A DNA stretch of 61,390 nt, filler included, from Choristocarpus tenellus KU-1152 (lineage: Eukaryota > Protista > Phaeophyceae): NCBI GenBank assembly GCA_964200185.2. It is 12 parts of 12 records of this genome, joined end to end, with 100 filler letters (N's around TTAATTAATTAA, not from the genome) between each part and the next. Parts side by side here need not be neighbours in the genome. Positions count along the whole stretch, not along the records: positions 3,275 to 16,821 come from CAXNAD020001455.1; positions 16,922 to 21,110 come from CAXNAD020015779.1; positions 21,211 to 24,951 come from CAXNAD020018202.1; positions 25,052 to 31,179 come from CAXNAD020008875.1; 8 more parts are not named here. One strand, 5' to 3'. Positions 13,540-27,009 of this stretch are shown in pieces (the first letter of the stretch is position 1; each line of letters opens with the position of its first letter). The position numbers and the translations under genes are program-made. The notes below the pieces were generated by a model. It did no database searches and had not been told where the DNA came from. It saw nothing but the letters and a program-made list of their open reading frames with translations.

Positions 13540-14260
13540 CTATATACATCCTGTGGAGGCAAGCTTCTGGAGCGTGCTGTAACATGGAGGTCCTACGGAG
13601 ACTTCCACATTGTAATATGAACCGCCATCACGACATATCGCCTGTAACAGTTTTGCTGCGAAATTTAGGGAATATAGAAATTTACACTTAAGAACGGACC
13701 ATATCACTGGTGCTAGATAACAAGACCATGTGCTCACCTCTGAGTGCAACTTGAGCACTTCATGCCATGCCTCCTGACATGAAGTGATCAAATCGTTAGT
13801 CTTGAAAGAAGCAATGAACATTTTACAGCAAATAAGTTCAGCCTTCATATGTTCGATGCCAAGGGTGAAGTGCTTGCCTTTAGGGCTGTCCAAGCACTCT
13901 GTCCAAAACAAATCATTGCCTTTTTTTTCTTTTGACCAGGTAGGTAGCCTGATCCTCCCGAAGCCTAGCACTCAACAAAGGGATAGGATCGAAAAAGTTG
14001 TTGAAGCACTTCGAATTGCAACATTTTCGACCCGTCTTGCCAAGGTCTGCTCTATCTTTACCTAACCCTACACAGAATTTCTGTTGAATGTTGCCGCCTC
14101 TGCAGTAGCCATAGGCGTCAAAGGTGAAGACTGTCTCGGTTTTCCTGGTGGAGGGGCAGGACGTTTGAACAGCCAGAACTTCTCACTTGTTGGGTGTCGA
14201 TGCTTGGGTGCCAGGTTAGGTCTAGTCAGGCGTTGTGTGTTCGTCAAAAATATCCAAGGT
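13540..14260 (-). pseudogene. Degenerate coding-like region of unknown identity
   Basis: One minus frame reads ~240 codons with only a few stops (KHRHPTSEKFWLFKRP...LFWTECLDSPKGKHF...). I recognise no motif. Confidence 0.25.
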
Positions 14261-14938
14261 GAGGTCTAAGGGACTGAAAAATACTGAAAATAAAATGACC
14301 AAACACTGAAGTATTTCTGAATTCTGACAAGCGTTCGCTGGTATCTGTAGTATGAATATAATAGGAAAAATGTGTTCAGCAGACGATCTTTTTGTAACTG
14401 AAACAGGTGTTTTCATCCACGATGAAGGGTTATCTTTCGGAAAGATAAAAGTTGTGTAGATTTTTACAGCATGGAGTTTTTGGAATAGCAACACAACACT
14501 TTGTTGACAATTTGACATATAGAGGACTTTTGTCACATATGATCCCACAGTTCATTTGTCAAGCGTTTGTTCAATGGAACTTCAATCCCGAATCATACAC
14601 ACCTATCCACTCATTTCAATATTAAATCTCTTCTCAGTCACCAAATCACACAGCACGCACAGTGAGGAAGAAATAACTGCACAGCCGTGATAAGTAGTCA
14701 ACCTAGCCCGCTCAAAAGTGTCCAGGCCCCAGTAAAACAGAGTATGTTGTTCTTAAGGTTCAATGCTGTTTCTTCACTCAGCGCCCATTCTTGGTCACAG
14801 CTTGAAGAGGTTCAAAGAAATTCCTTTCTTCATCACTAGTTGGTTTCGGAGTCACTGTATCATTTTCTGTTCACCGAGATACTCTATCTGATGCCACTCA
14901 TTGTGTGTGCCCAACGCGTTTCTCCCCAAGAAATACCT

Positions 14939-15196
14939 GAGTCAAAGTATCTTAGAGGGTAGAGCCGCGTCCATTTGGGGGTCAAAATCCAATGTTGCGA
15001 TTTTGTTGTAATTTGGCTATCGTATTTGTTAGGAAGTATCAATATCTATGTTTCGGACACACCTTTCATAGTGTATACATTTTACCTACTCCTTTACATT
15101 TTGGAGTAGGAAAATGTCATTAAAAAAACCCATGGGAAGCCAAGCCCCAAATGGACAAACAGGCCAAAACTCGTACCCTCTAAGATACTTTCACTT
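14939..15196. mobile_element. MITE family B (~258 bp, Sola2-like non-autonomous element)
   Basis: TIR GAGTCAAAGTATCTTAGAGGGTA ... TACCCTCTAAGATACTTTCACTT. No clear TSD for this copy. Confidence 0.88.
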
Positions 15197-16032
15197 CGGA
15201 CAAGACCCACTCGAAGCGGAAGGTCAGTACGGTGTAATCGGGACCAAAGGGATGTGGTTGACACCGCATCTGCGATGAAGTATTTAGCCTTCTCCAGTAA
15301 TGATCTCCATCCCACATAGTCCATGAATAACTATTATTGAGACGTTGAAATTTCCCCGCTTAACTTTGTATTAAACAGCAGATGGGCTTATTTGTGCAAA
15401 TTGATCTTACCCGTTTTACTTTGTATTGAACAAGACATGGACTATTGTTGTCCAAGTTTATCTTACCCCATTTACTCCGCTTTAAACAACAGACGGGATA
15501 TTAATTGTCATTCTTCATCTCACCCTGTATACTCCGTTGTAATCAACAAACGGGGTTTATCATGCTTCATCTTCTCTTTTTGGGGTATACGCTTCCCTTC
15601 AAATATTTTCGCCTCATAGCAGTGATACTGACATTCACATTTTACCTTTAGCGGTGCATAGCATTGGGATGGAGGGATGGACTCATTGTAACCCTGGATG
15701 AGGTTTCTCGTTCATCTTTAAGAATGACACATTTGTGTGTTCAGGGGGGCTCGATCGTATTCTTCTCTAAATACCTGATACTATAATTTCTTTCACATTC
15801 ATCATCATCTACAACATATTGTTGTCATAAACACGTACACACACACGAACATCTTTACCCATCCTGTCAGGAATCTCCGTTGAATAGAGTGTCTGTCAAC
15901 GCAATGCTTGTTCTACTTGTAATCAGTTGTAATTGTGCCGACAACAACAGCACAGTTTGTACTCAAACTAAATTAAATGCTCTGAACAAATATTTCCTGA
16001 TGACAAAATTCTACAAGTTCTAACACGAACAG

Positions 16033-16803
16033 GTACTGTTCCCACGGACAGAGGGGTTCCCCACACTCCTCGAGGTAGTCTTCACCAGCTTCCACAGTCA
16101 TTTCTTCCTTCATCACAACACAACCATATGGCAGGCACGGCAATATAAACATTGCAAATCCCGCCTCCCAGAAGGTCACGCTGCCATGTCCATTGACTTC
16201 AGTTCCCAGCTTCCACACAGCCACCAGGACCTAACACAGCAAGAATTTTTCATACTATTGCTGACAGCGCTCTTGACCATTGTTTGGTGGTTGAGAGACA
16301 CGAGGGAAGGGGAAAAATTGGGGGGGGGGAGGATATGGGCTCACAGCACCACAATTTGTAGTGAAGACAGGAGTCAGGACAACGAGTTTGTCCAGAACGC
16401 TATGGAGATGTTCATCGGCAGCCACTTAATGCCTTTCGCACGGGAATATGGTCAGACTCTGAAGGTCCTCCACATCTGGTCTGATGGGTGTGGTAGTCAG
16501 TTTAAGAACCGGTGGCAGATGTGGTGGGTTTCCCAGGCCATTGCGAAGATGGGGATTTCAGTGGTGCATAACTTCTTCTCCTCGTGCCATGGCAAATCCA
16601 TGGCGGATAGAATTGGAGCCGTGGTCAAGTCAGCCGCCAGGAGGCTGGAGCTCAACGGGGTACGTATGCCGGGAACCTCATCTTTGGTGGAGACTTTGAA
16701 GTCTACCAAGACAGAGTATTTGCTGAGGGATCCAACGCCAGAGGAAGAGGGGCGCCTCCATAGGGACCGCAAGGTTCCTCCAGGACAAAGTGTTGTCACC
16801 AAG
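16033..16803 (+). CDS. Sola2-like DDD transposase, catalytic exon (open, 257 codons; remainder lost in the gap)
   Basis: Motifs IDFSSQ..QD..QQE, HIWSDGCGSQFKN, HNFFSSCHGKSMADRIGAVVK. Bounded by CAG|GT at 16033 and AAG|GT at 16803, with the same boundaries in the paralog at 53562-54294. Confidence 0.75.
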
Positions 16804-17589
16804 GTCAGATACCCCCCCCCANNNNNNNNNNNNNNNNNNNNNNNNNNNNNNNNNNNNNNNNNNNNTTAATTAATTAANNNNNNNNNNNNNNNNNNNNNNN
16901 NNNNNNNNNNNNNNNNNNNNNAGGTGTGACGCGGAAGGCTGCGGCGATAGCCTAGCTTTCCACCATCAGCGTATACGGTAGACTTGCGGATGCCTCATAT
17001 ATGTAAAGCTAGTTTGGGGGGGGATATATAGGTGAAGATTAACTCATTGACTTGTACCAACGAGCCCAACCCTCCTGCCCTTATCAAATTATCCTCTGTT
17101 CTCTATTATATTTTATATTGTATTTTTTCTTTACAGCTTAGAAGTCAAATTCACCCACTAGGATTTTCGCAGAGTAATCCTTTGAGGAACGAGATAGTAA
17201 ACCGTCGAATTAAACCTTAACGGATTATTGATGATCTCATAAAAGAGTTATCCAATTATTTCATTCTTCTATTTTTTGTTTAACCCCCTCAACTCCCCCA
17301 CACTTCGAAACGTTCTAGGCACACTGTTACCACTTCCAACCTCTTTTTTGCCAATGTTTGTCGCAAAAAATTGAGGTAAGCCCGAAACATGACACAAAAT
17401 TCGAAATTATTTTTCTTCATATATATTTTTTCGATTGTGTCATGTTCTTTAAGGCGTCCCAAATAACATCGAAAAAGATTTGACCACGAAAAAAAAAAAA
17501 TTGTAGAGTAAATTTTTCCTCTGCAATTGTCTTGCTCCTATACTCAGCTTCCTCCTGACACACCACACACTCTATGTTTTATGCTGATG

Positions 17590-18230
17590 ATGCAGGCATT
17601 GTGTCTACGAACCAACGGAGGTTTTGACCTGGACCATGATAGTAATTGTGAAGGTGGTCAGGTCATTCAGGCCGACCGTGTCAGAGTTAGGACGGAGATC
17701 ATGTGCTTTGACTTCAAATAATGCTGCAGACATCATGCAGATCTGGGCGTTGGCGAACAGTACAAGCAGACTTGACAAGTTTGTCTACCTTATAGGAACC
17801 ATCAGTGGCGAAGCTGATATCATGGCAAAGGTGAATCAAAGACCTCAAAAATACTGGGGTTGTTTTTCCCACTACAGTCATTTTTTTCGTGACAGAGAAC
17901 CACAGGTGCATCACTTGAGATCTGAATGCTCAAAGCTGAAATACTTGAGGTTCTGCTACTCTATGGGTTGTGTGACAGGTTCACTATAATATGAAGCTTC
18001 GCTCCCACCACCACAAGATCCCTCCTGCACTGCGTCAAATTTCGCAAAAGGAACGCACCGATCACACACTGTCTTACAAATATGCCCCTGTGAAGACTGG
18101 GTGTGATAGTATCAAAGTATATGCCCTAAAAACGGAGACTCTTACCGAAAGGGTGAGTTGCACACATGGGAGATGGGTGACTTCCGAAGGTGTTCATGTT
18201 TGAGGAACTTGCAGATGGAAAGCGGAAGCA
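17590..18230 (+). pseudogene. Highly decayed MULE/Mutator-like transposase fragment
   Basis: VIQADR, IWALANSTS..KF...I.....A.V...P.KYW and a downstream CSC (SWIM-like), resembling the MuDR C-terminal core. Many lesions. Confidence 0.4.
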
Positions 18231-19728
18231 AGGTGGACAGAATGACTTATGGATGTGCTGGCAAGACGAACTCGAGAAGTTCAGCATCACGGTTGAGGGG
18301 TGAAGCACAAGGATAACCAACTGACATGGGTGGTATGAGTATGTGGTTGATGGTACAACGAGCTTCATGGCAGAGTGCCATGCCAAGGATGCTGTAATAT
18401 AGCTGATGGTGTAAATCATGGTAAAGCTGTGACTAAGCCAGCTCAAGCAGATCAGGGCACATGCTCACTCAACACCACTACTACCGCTGTCGGCTAAATG
18501 CTCATTCTTTTGTGGTTGTCTCTCTTTTTGGTTTGTTATTAATGCATTCCTCTTTTTTTTTCCCTTCCTTTCTTTAGTAGTGTGGAAAGTGATGAGTAGT
18601 ATTTTTCGGGATTGGATGGACCTGGTGTGGCTCAAGTTTAATCTTGTTCGTGGATTCCACCTGGATTCTAATTGATAACCTTGAAGATGCACTTACTTGT
18701 GTTCTTTCTCTTTTTCTTTACTCTTATTTTTTCTCCTTTCAAAGCTTTTCTTCAGTTTTCTGTTACATGCATTTGTATAATTTTGTGATAGCCATCTTCC
18801 GACGAAGGTATACCTTTAAAGTGACCTTCCTTGAGAAGATACACATCAGCATTATTTGCTTGTTGAAGTAAATATCGGGTAGTTTGAGTGGAACTTAGAA
18901 CCCCCCTTATTCACTTTTGCCTGTTCCCTCCTCCCTGGGTGAACTTCTAACGGATTGCTCACCCTCCTGCCTTGTCTCTCTCCATTCCCTTCCTCTGGTA
19001 GGTCTTCACGCTCCCCTTCAGTCTGAAGAACCTGTCTGCCTGTTTCCATCTGTTTCACAATTTGAAGGAGTATGATACAATACTTCAAACTAGGACGTAT
19101 TACCTTCTTTCTGGCTACCTGGATCGTGTGTTCACTCAGGTAAGGGCGGTGAAGAGAATCACCAGGCAAGACGGATCAGAGAGACCAAGACGAACTGTAA
19201 CCAAGAGGATGAGGTCAAGGTTGGACAAGTGCAAGACTTCAAGGAATTGCAGGAAAAAGAGAACTGAGGAAGTGGGGAGGATCACGGTTCGGATGGGTTT
19301 CAGAAAAGAAACCGTTCAGAAATGGGAGATCTGTCTTCGGAAAAAATGTAACTCGCAGACGGACGTTACTAGAAGACACAGAAACCTATCCCTCTAAGAA
19401 TCTTCCACAAGGTTGAACCGAAGTTCTCGGAAAACAACCTCAATCAGTATGACGGTATATAGCATACGGCAAGAACGGTAAGATAACATGGAGTCTACAA
19501 CAAGGAAAGGTATATGTTGGACACTTGCCCACAACCTGGGCTGAGATAAGCATGCGTGCCTGCTAGGAGGGGTGAACTCGCATGCTCGTGACCCTGGCTT
19601 TCCATGAGGCTTGCTTGCAATAGAGGCTGCACGATGTGCGGCCCAGGGAAATGATGTTCTTGTGGTGTTGGGAACCATACGCGAAAATTTGCTAGAATGT
19701 GAAGTCGAAAGTACGACGACAGCCTTAC

Positions 19729-19986
19729 AAGTCAAAGTATCTTAGAGGGTAGAGCCGCGTCCATTTGGGGACCAAAATCCAATGTTGCAATTTTGATGTT
19801 ATTTTGGCTATCATATTTGTTAGGAGATGTCAGCATCCTTGTTCTGGACACTCCTTTTCACAGCGTATACATTTACCTACTCCAAAACATATTGGAGTAG
19901 ATAAAATGTCATTAAAACCCCGTGAGAAGCCAAGCCCCAAATGGACAAACAGAGAAAAAATCGTACCCTCTAAGATACTTTAACTC
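19729..19986. mobile_element. MITE family B, 4-bp TSD TTAC
   Basis: Full TIRs; TTAC on both flanks (19725-28, 19987-90). Confidence 0.92.
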
Positions 19987-20459
19987 TTACAGCAAAGGAT
20001 TTAGGGGAAAATTTCTCAAGACAACGCCAACACAGCATGAAGCCAATGTAATTTGCAGCAGCTCAAAATATCGCAATGGAGCTGGCAGTCGGAATGCGAG
20101 GTAGGCAACCATGCGATAAGGTCTTGAATTAAGGGGATACGAACAAAACGAGGGATCAAGGATGACTGTGGGTGAGTATGATGCAGCTACCACTTTCGAC
20201 AAGGAATGTTGCTTGGATGGGGCACTTGCGTGGCATCTTGTTACCATGAGGGCATGATAGGTACAAACAAGAGCACGCCTGGTAGAAACAAGGGAATGGG
20301 GAGGGTATTTATCAATGAAAGATATTCCGGGCGAACTATCATACAGTAGAGTGTGGACACAATACAGGCGAATATAATGCAGTCATGGGAAATGCATGTG
20401 GTTGGATTTGATATTCTTTCTTCTGGCATGCATGCTACTAAATAATTGTAAAAATGCAT

Positions 20460-20543
20460 GTTCTTGTAGCTCAGTGGTTAGAAGGACAGACTTTAGTGTT
20501 CCCTTTCTGGAATTCACAGGTTTATACCCGCTCTGCACAAGAC
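20460..20543 (+). pseudogene. Possible degenerate tRNA-derived sequence
   Basis: A-box-like TAGCTCAGTGGTTAGA, decayed T-arm CAGGTTTATACCCG, and TCTTG...CAAGA end pairing. The anticodon arm is not canonical. Confidence 0.25.
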
Positions 20544-21028
20544 TTCTTTCTAAGGAATCTGCTTTTTAATGAACAAAAGGTCCGAGCGAAAAGAACTACG
20601 GATCGTTTACTTGTAAGATTCTGTCTGTCACTGCGCCACAAAGGCGGTAAACCAATAATGAGGTGACAAGGCTTTTTTACGGAGTGATACTGAGGCGGCT
20701 CCAGCGCAAGATTGGAGGGCGAATGCAGAGTGACAAGCGGTGGGATGACTGATCCCAACATACAGAAAGCAAGACACGAAGGGAGGTAGAGCAATTCTCG
20801 CTCGTACAACAAGTGGTTAAGTAGTATGAGATGAAATGCTGTACATAATGCCTCAAACCACTTGTTGAGGCACTCCCCTGACCAAAGTGGAAAATAATAA
20901 GCATATTACTAACATCATTGCTCTTCATATTAGTTAGGGGGGTAACCAAGAAGTAGTTGTAGGAATATCCCTAACATAACACAAAAGAGGGTGCAAAATG
21001 CTACAGGAGAACAAGGGGGAGAAAGTGA

Positions 21029-21231
21029 GACCCAAAGTATCTGGGAGGGGAGGGGGGTCTACACCAGGGTGTCCATTTGGACCAAAATCAGGAAAAAAGC
21101 ATTTACAGTANNNNNNNNNNNNNNNNNNNNNNNNNNNNNNNNNNNNNNNNNNNNTTAATTAATTAANNNNNNNNNNNNNNNNNNNNNNNNNNNNNNNNNN
21201 NNNNNNNNNNCCCCCCCAGATACTTTGGGCC
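21029..21231. mobile_element. MITE family A termini on both sides of a gap
   Basis: GACCCAAAGTATCTGGG... before the gap and CCCCCAGATACTTTGGGCC after it. Confidence 0.8.
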
Positions 21232-21977
21232 CCTTCAAGAAAAAAAAGTTAAATATGTGTAACATTAATAGTTGGGACAGGGAGTCATGCTGATCCAAGC
21301 ACATAATCAATCTGTACAAGCCTCATTCGCTGTGCAGGTTGAAAAAATGGCACTAAAACGTAACAAAAAATCTCTGCGCAAATAGAACACCACATTTTGC
21401 TACTTTGAAGAAATAAATAAAGGAGAGCTAATGACACATTCAAACACGCACAAATACAAAGATCGCTCATCTTCCACTCATACTGGACAACACACGTGCC
21501 TAACATTGCTACCTGTTCAGGGTCAGTGCCAACGCTGGGGAGTTCCTTGTGAAAACAGGTGGGGACAAGACCCCTCTCATGGTCCGCTTCTTTGAGGAGG
21601 ACGTCTACGGCACACACGGTTGACCACTGGATAGCTTGTTAGTTTCGACACAGGGACAGGCACGTTTGATACGGTTTGCAGAAAAGGAAAATGTGTGGAG
21701 TGGTGCCATGACAGCCCAGCATGAGAGCCATCAGACTGGTTCATCATCAGGAGCATCGTGATAGAAGCTCTTCTACACTGCGGCACGAAGAAATTGTACT
21801 CAAAAGGATTTGTTCTTACAGGCAGCTATTTTAATTGTTGATACTGTCTAATATTTTCTACACCCCTTTTTTTATTTTTGCAACATGCTAGGCCACTTTT
21901 GTAGGGGGAGAAATGAGGTGGATGAGTGGCAATAATGTAGGTGGACATGGATGGTATCCACTTCAACCAAGAGTACT

Positions 21978-22053
21978 ACACACATACACACATACACACA
22001 CGCACACAAACACACACGCACACAAACACACACTCACACACACATGCACACAC
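21978..22053. repeat. Imperfect (CA)n microsatellite (others at 24822-24850 and 44298-44335)
   Basis: Direct reading. Confidence 0.9.
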
Positions 22054-24854
22054 AAATCTCGTACAACAGTGGCTTGACAGAACATGCAGAGGTGCTGAGG
22101 TCGGTGACCTAGCACCCCCCCACAACACTCATTTCTATTTTGTGGCGACAATACACAACAATAATAATAATAATATGATTATGGTACTATTGATAGTGAT
22201 GAAGTTAAGATAATTTCCAACTATGAACACCTGGGTCTAGTCCTACTTACATGACAAGGTTGATTACGAGATATTTAAAGAGACATGTAACGTTGTTTTG
22301 GAAAAATAGAAGAAACCTACTATTTGACCAAGGGACAGGCTAGTGCCATAGTATCCTAGAGGGAGGGGTGTTTAGCCCAAGGTGTCCATTTGGGGTTTGA
22401 TAGGGTGTTGTAAGATACCCCAATTTGATGCTCGTCTTGCGAGTGAATTTCCTTCGGACTTGGTTCAAGCAGCAGGGGAATGGAAAAGAACGGTGCGTCC
22501 AGATGAAGGAGATTGCCCTTATTATGTATGAAACATTTACTCGGATTACATGAAAATCGCTGCAGGTTCACACAGGCCCCGAGTGGACCCCTGACCACCC
22601 CTCAAGAATGTCATGTCATGGTCCTGTGCAAGTGCAAATAAAACAAGTACTACTCCAGAGAACAGGCATACATATGATACTCAAATCGATACGTATCAAC
22701 TTCACTATTACTTTACGAAGTTATTTTCTTTGCTGGAAAATGCCCAAACATTTATCGTATATATTCTCCGTATATATACTAGTATATAAAGATTATTGGT
22801 AGGGGCAGGGGTACAAATAGGAGATGTGGTACGAAGAAAAAAAATTGATCAATAGCACTACCTATTATATGATTTGAAGTATCCTACTGAGCGAATAGGG
22901 TGTATTTGCCCTCTGGAGCCTCCGCTTATCCCCTCAATTTTGCCACTATGTAGGTTGCTGCCATAACTTTCTCAGCAACAATAATAATGCTGACTATTCC
23001 TTCTACCCTCGCTGCTCACAAACACTGTAGGTGGCTCAATCAAGACTTGCATTTCATGAATACATATATATTCTATGTATTAAGCATACACATGAGCTTA
23101 GCTGCTCCCCCCCAAAAATACTCCAATGTTCCCATTGGTGCACCTCGGTCAATAATAAAAAGTGTACACCCAGTCAGTTGACTTCTCCCTGTGACTTGTG
23201 AGTTGGGGTTAGGGTTAAGGTACAGAGCCTTTGCGTTGTTTCTAACTATATAGTGGTGCAGAGCAGCACCGTATTTATTGCAACTTGAAACTTCTCTCTC
23301 CTAATGATTATTGGCTGAGTTGGAAGGGGAAAAAACAGCACTAGGGCAAGGTATATTGGAATATATAATGAAATGGTGATTACGAAGGATTTTATCACAG
23401 CAGTTCTTGTTGTGTTGTTCTTACTGCACTACCAGTACTGTTTTGAAATGAAAGGCATTGAACAGCATAATAACAAGAATTGATGGATGTAGCCTTCATT
23501 GAGCAAGGACAATGATAAATGCATGTACTGAGTACTATATACTCCCTGGAGTATTACGCCATGTGACATATTATATGAACTAATTTTGGTACTTGTTGGG
23601 ATCACGTAAGTTTTGTTACGTGAGAGAGCAGAGTGAATATAGCACACCGCTTAGAAACAGGAAGTGATTTCCATGTTTGAGTAGGGACAGTCAATGTCTA
23701 CAATACCACAAGAAATATAATACTTCTGATATCTACTTTTTGCTCCAGTACCTTTTCTTTTAAGAATGCACATGCACTCCATTTTCAAAGGGAATTGCTG
23801 CCGATGGGGTTGGCTCTGAACCGCATCGTGGAGTTCAAATTAAGCGGAGTATGCAATGAGTGACGCAAGAATCCCTTCAAAATATAACATTAGTCGCCAT
23901 TCTTGGACTTGGGCAGGAGAAAAGCCAAATAATCAACTCATTCATTCGTTGTGAATTGGAAGCATTTGTTTGTGTAAGAGTTACAAGACGTATAAAAAAA
24001 AATTGGATGTTTTGAAATTATGGTCGAATCGCATCGAACCATTGAAGAGACCAGGGATCCGCGAGCATATCACGCAGTGCGCGCACGCGCGAGAATTTAT
24101 GTAATCGAAAACTAAAATTCGATTTTCGGTTTCGATTACAAATAACAATAACAGCCGATTTCAAAAATTGAGGATGGAGCTTTTCATTGAGGATGGGCTT
24201 GACCCAAAATTGACTGGGATAAAGTGTCGATATATATTTTTTGTATACAAATAATCTCGATGTTCTACAGTAGTAGTAGTACTATTTACTGGAATTTCAT
24301 TAGTGATTCACTGTTGTCCACAATGTAACGACGTAGTAAGATGTTCATTGCATCTTGACTCAACTTGAGGGTTCGAACTCTACCGACGCTTTTTCCAACG
24401 AGAAATCTTTTCGATCTTTCGTAGTCGAAGTGGGAACCACTGTGGATCGTAGACCTCTACTACTATGATGATGATCGCTCTATTTTACTGCCATCAGCCA
24501 CTCACTATTCCACCACAGTAAGGTCTGACCAAGAATAAGGAGGTGGCAAAGACGCTGAGGTGGTTCCAAATAAGAAGGTTTGAGAAAGGTGTCAAAGCAA
24601 CGATGAACATGATAGTGAATTGTGGGAGGCTGAGCCAACACGTTAAAAACGGGACATGAGAGAATTAGTTGTAGTGCAACAACAGTAATAATAGCTGTTA
24701 GTTACAGTGGTTTGCATGAGATGTAGTCCAGTGATTATTTTATGTACTACTAATTAATAGAGTAAGTGCTAATAATATTATATATTCCTGAGTACAATGA
24801 AGTTCACTGGCACAAACATAAATACACACACACACACATACACACACACTCACA

Positions 24855-25071
24855 GGCCCGAAGTATCTAGAGGGGGGGGAGGGGGGGTCTAGACCAGGGT
24901 GTCCATTTGGGCCAAAACCAGGAAAGTGCACTTACATTATCCCCAACGTATNNNNNNNNNNNNNNNNNNNNNNNNNNNNNNNNNNNNNNNNNNNNTTAAT
25001 TAATTAANNNNNNNNNNNNNNNNNNNNNNNNNNNNNNNNNNNNNNNNNNNNCCTCCCAGATACTTTGGGTC
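24855..25071. mobile_element. MITE family A termini on both sides of a gap
   Basis: GGCCCGAAGTATCTAG(n) on the left and CCCAGATACTTTGGGTC on the right. Confidence 0.8.
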
Positions 25072-25099
25072 TTAAATATAACATATCTCTTGCATACCC

Positions 25100-26290
25100 A
25101 ATAAAAAAGTCATTTTTTTCGCATATACATATTTTATAGGCGTATTGTGGAGACACTGAACGGTTGCATAAAAAAAATCAAGCAAAATGGGGCGACCTAC
25201 ACCTATGTATGATTCCGACCCCAAACCCCTCCAAAACTCCATTCCAACAAGATATTTGTCACATCCATAAGGGCATTCAGGGGGGGGGTTGCCCACCTTT
25301 TCAGCCTCTTCCTTGCTAAGGTGGAGAATCCCAGGTTGTTAATGTCAAGGCCAAGTGAATTGGCTGACTGGGTCTCTGTGACAATGTCGCCCCTCACCGC
25401 TTCCTCAATTGCCTCCATGATCCCCCCCTTGGTGCGTGATTTTGCCCCATCCTGCTGCACGAAGATGGTGTGTCCTTCCGGCCTAGGCATTTGGGCCTTG
25501 ATTGCCAGAATGACATCCTTGATCATGAGCTTCTTATACCTCTCCCCGTCCACCGTGGCTAGCACAAGCATATTGGTGCCCCTTGGGGCAGTGTTTGTGG
25601 GAGCATTGAGCGACCTTAGTGTCAACGTTTGGCCAGACCCCAATTTTCCCATTGAATCATACCCCGTTGGAAAGCTTCCTAGGGCAGGCCACAGCTGCAA
25701 GGAACATCACCTTCGTAATGCAACACTTATTCTGTACCCATGGAGGGTTGGAGGAGTCCTCAGTGGGGTGCAGGTACACACCTTGCCCATCTTTCAAGAT
25801 CTGAAACCACTTCTCATCCACATACACCCAGTCATATAGATTGTCCACCAATACCCCACTTCCCTCCCTCCTGTGAGTGTGGTTGATGACGAAACCCACT
25901 CTATTAACTTTCTGCTGGTCTGCGAGGACTGGCTTAATCCACCACTTAACCTTCTTGACCTTCTCACGCTTACACAGATCCCACAACAAGGCAAGGGAGA
26001 CCCCAGTTTTGGTCACACCCTTTTGCAGAAGGATGTGTAGTGTACTGATGGGACATCTCAAACGTTGAGGATACTTGTACGGTTACATCGCCCCTTGGGA
26101 TGTCGTACAAGGTCCATGTATTTACGTTGAGCTAACTTTCAGCTACACTCCTTCAGGTGACCGAACACGGTGATTTGGGAAATTCCAAAGTCCTCGCAAT
26201 GGTCACTGCTGTCCATCGAGGCATCCGAGTCTCGCATCTTATTGCCTCCAGGCATCATGCCACAACGCTTTTCTTCGTCGAGGTGTTTGA
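25100..26290 (-). mobile_element. Decayed plant-mariner-like transposon, copy 2
   Basis: WVYVDEKWF, KVMFLAAVACP, IFVQQDGAKS, TQSANSLGLDINNLGF (QP.NSPDLN..DLG motif decayed; ~37-residue spacing from the second to the third catalytic position). Frameshifted. Confidence 0.88.
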
Positions 26291-26797
26291 GAGTTAAAGG
26301 ATCTTAGAGAGTAGAGCCACGTCTGTTTGGGGGCCAAAATATAATGTTGCGATTTCGATGTAATTTTGGCTATCGTGTTTGTTAGGAAGTGCCAATATCC
26401 TTGTTCCAGACACATCTTTTCATAACTTACACATTTTACGTACTCCAAAACGTTTCGGAGTAGGTAAAGAGTGAAAGTATCTAAGAGGGTGCGAGTTTTG
26501 CCCTGTTTATCCATTTCGGACTTGGCTTCCCACGGGTTGGTTGTTCATGGCATTTTCCTACTGCAAAATGTTTCGGAGTAGGGAAGATATATATGTTATG
26601 AAAAGGTGTGTCCGGAACAAGGATACTGACACTACCTAACAAACACGATAACCAAAATTACATCAAAATCGCAACATTGGATTTTGGTCCCCAAATGGAC
26701 GCGGCCCCACCCTCTAAGATACTTTGGTTCAAAATGTCACTAAAAAAAACTGTGGGAAGCCAAGCCCCAAACGGACGAACAGTACAAAACTCATATC
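26291..26797. mobile_element. Nested MITE-B pair: inner inverted copy 26469-26730 inside an outer copy (26291-26468 + 26731-26797)
   Basis: The outer copy breaks right after its internal hairpin (..GGAGTAGGTAAA) and resumes at AAAATGTCACT after a complete opposite-orientation copy. Confidence 0.85.
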
Positions 26798-27009
26798 TCA
26801 ACTGACATTCTCGAGTGGACTCTGCATGGATGCCATAGCAGGGCAGATATCCATACTTGACTAGTACAATGGACCGGTGTCATGGCGAATATTATCGAGG
26901 TGGGAATGAAAGTCTTGATATGTCTGTAGTTGGAATGACATCGATCCCTTGAGCCTCAGTCTCCACGACGCAACTTCAAGACAACTCTGCAGCGTTCGAA
27001 TCGGTTGGG

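Noticed and set aside
19040-20940. Decayed Copia gag/protease (CLDGALAWHL, RNLLF)
   Set aside because: Only vague motif resemblance with many stops, so not supportable as a feature.
24368-24395. tRNA/SINE from B-box GGTTCGAACTC plus T-run
   Set aside because: No A-box or cloverleaf upstream.
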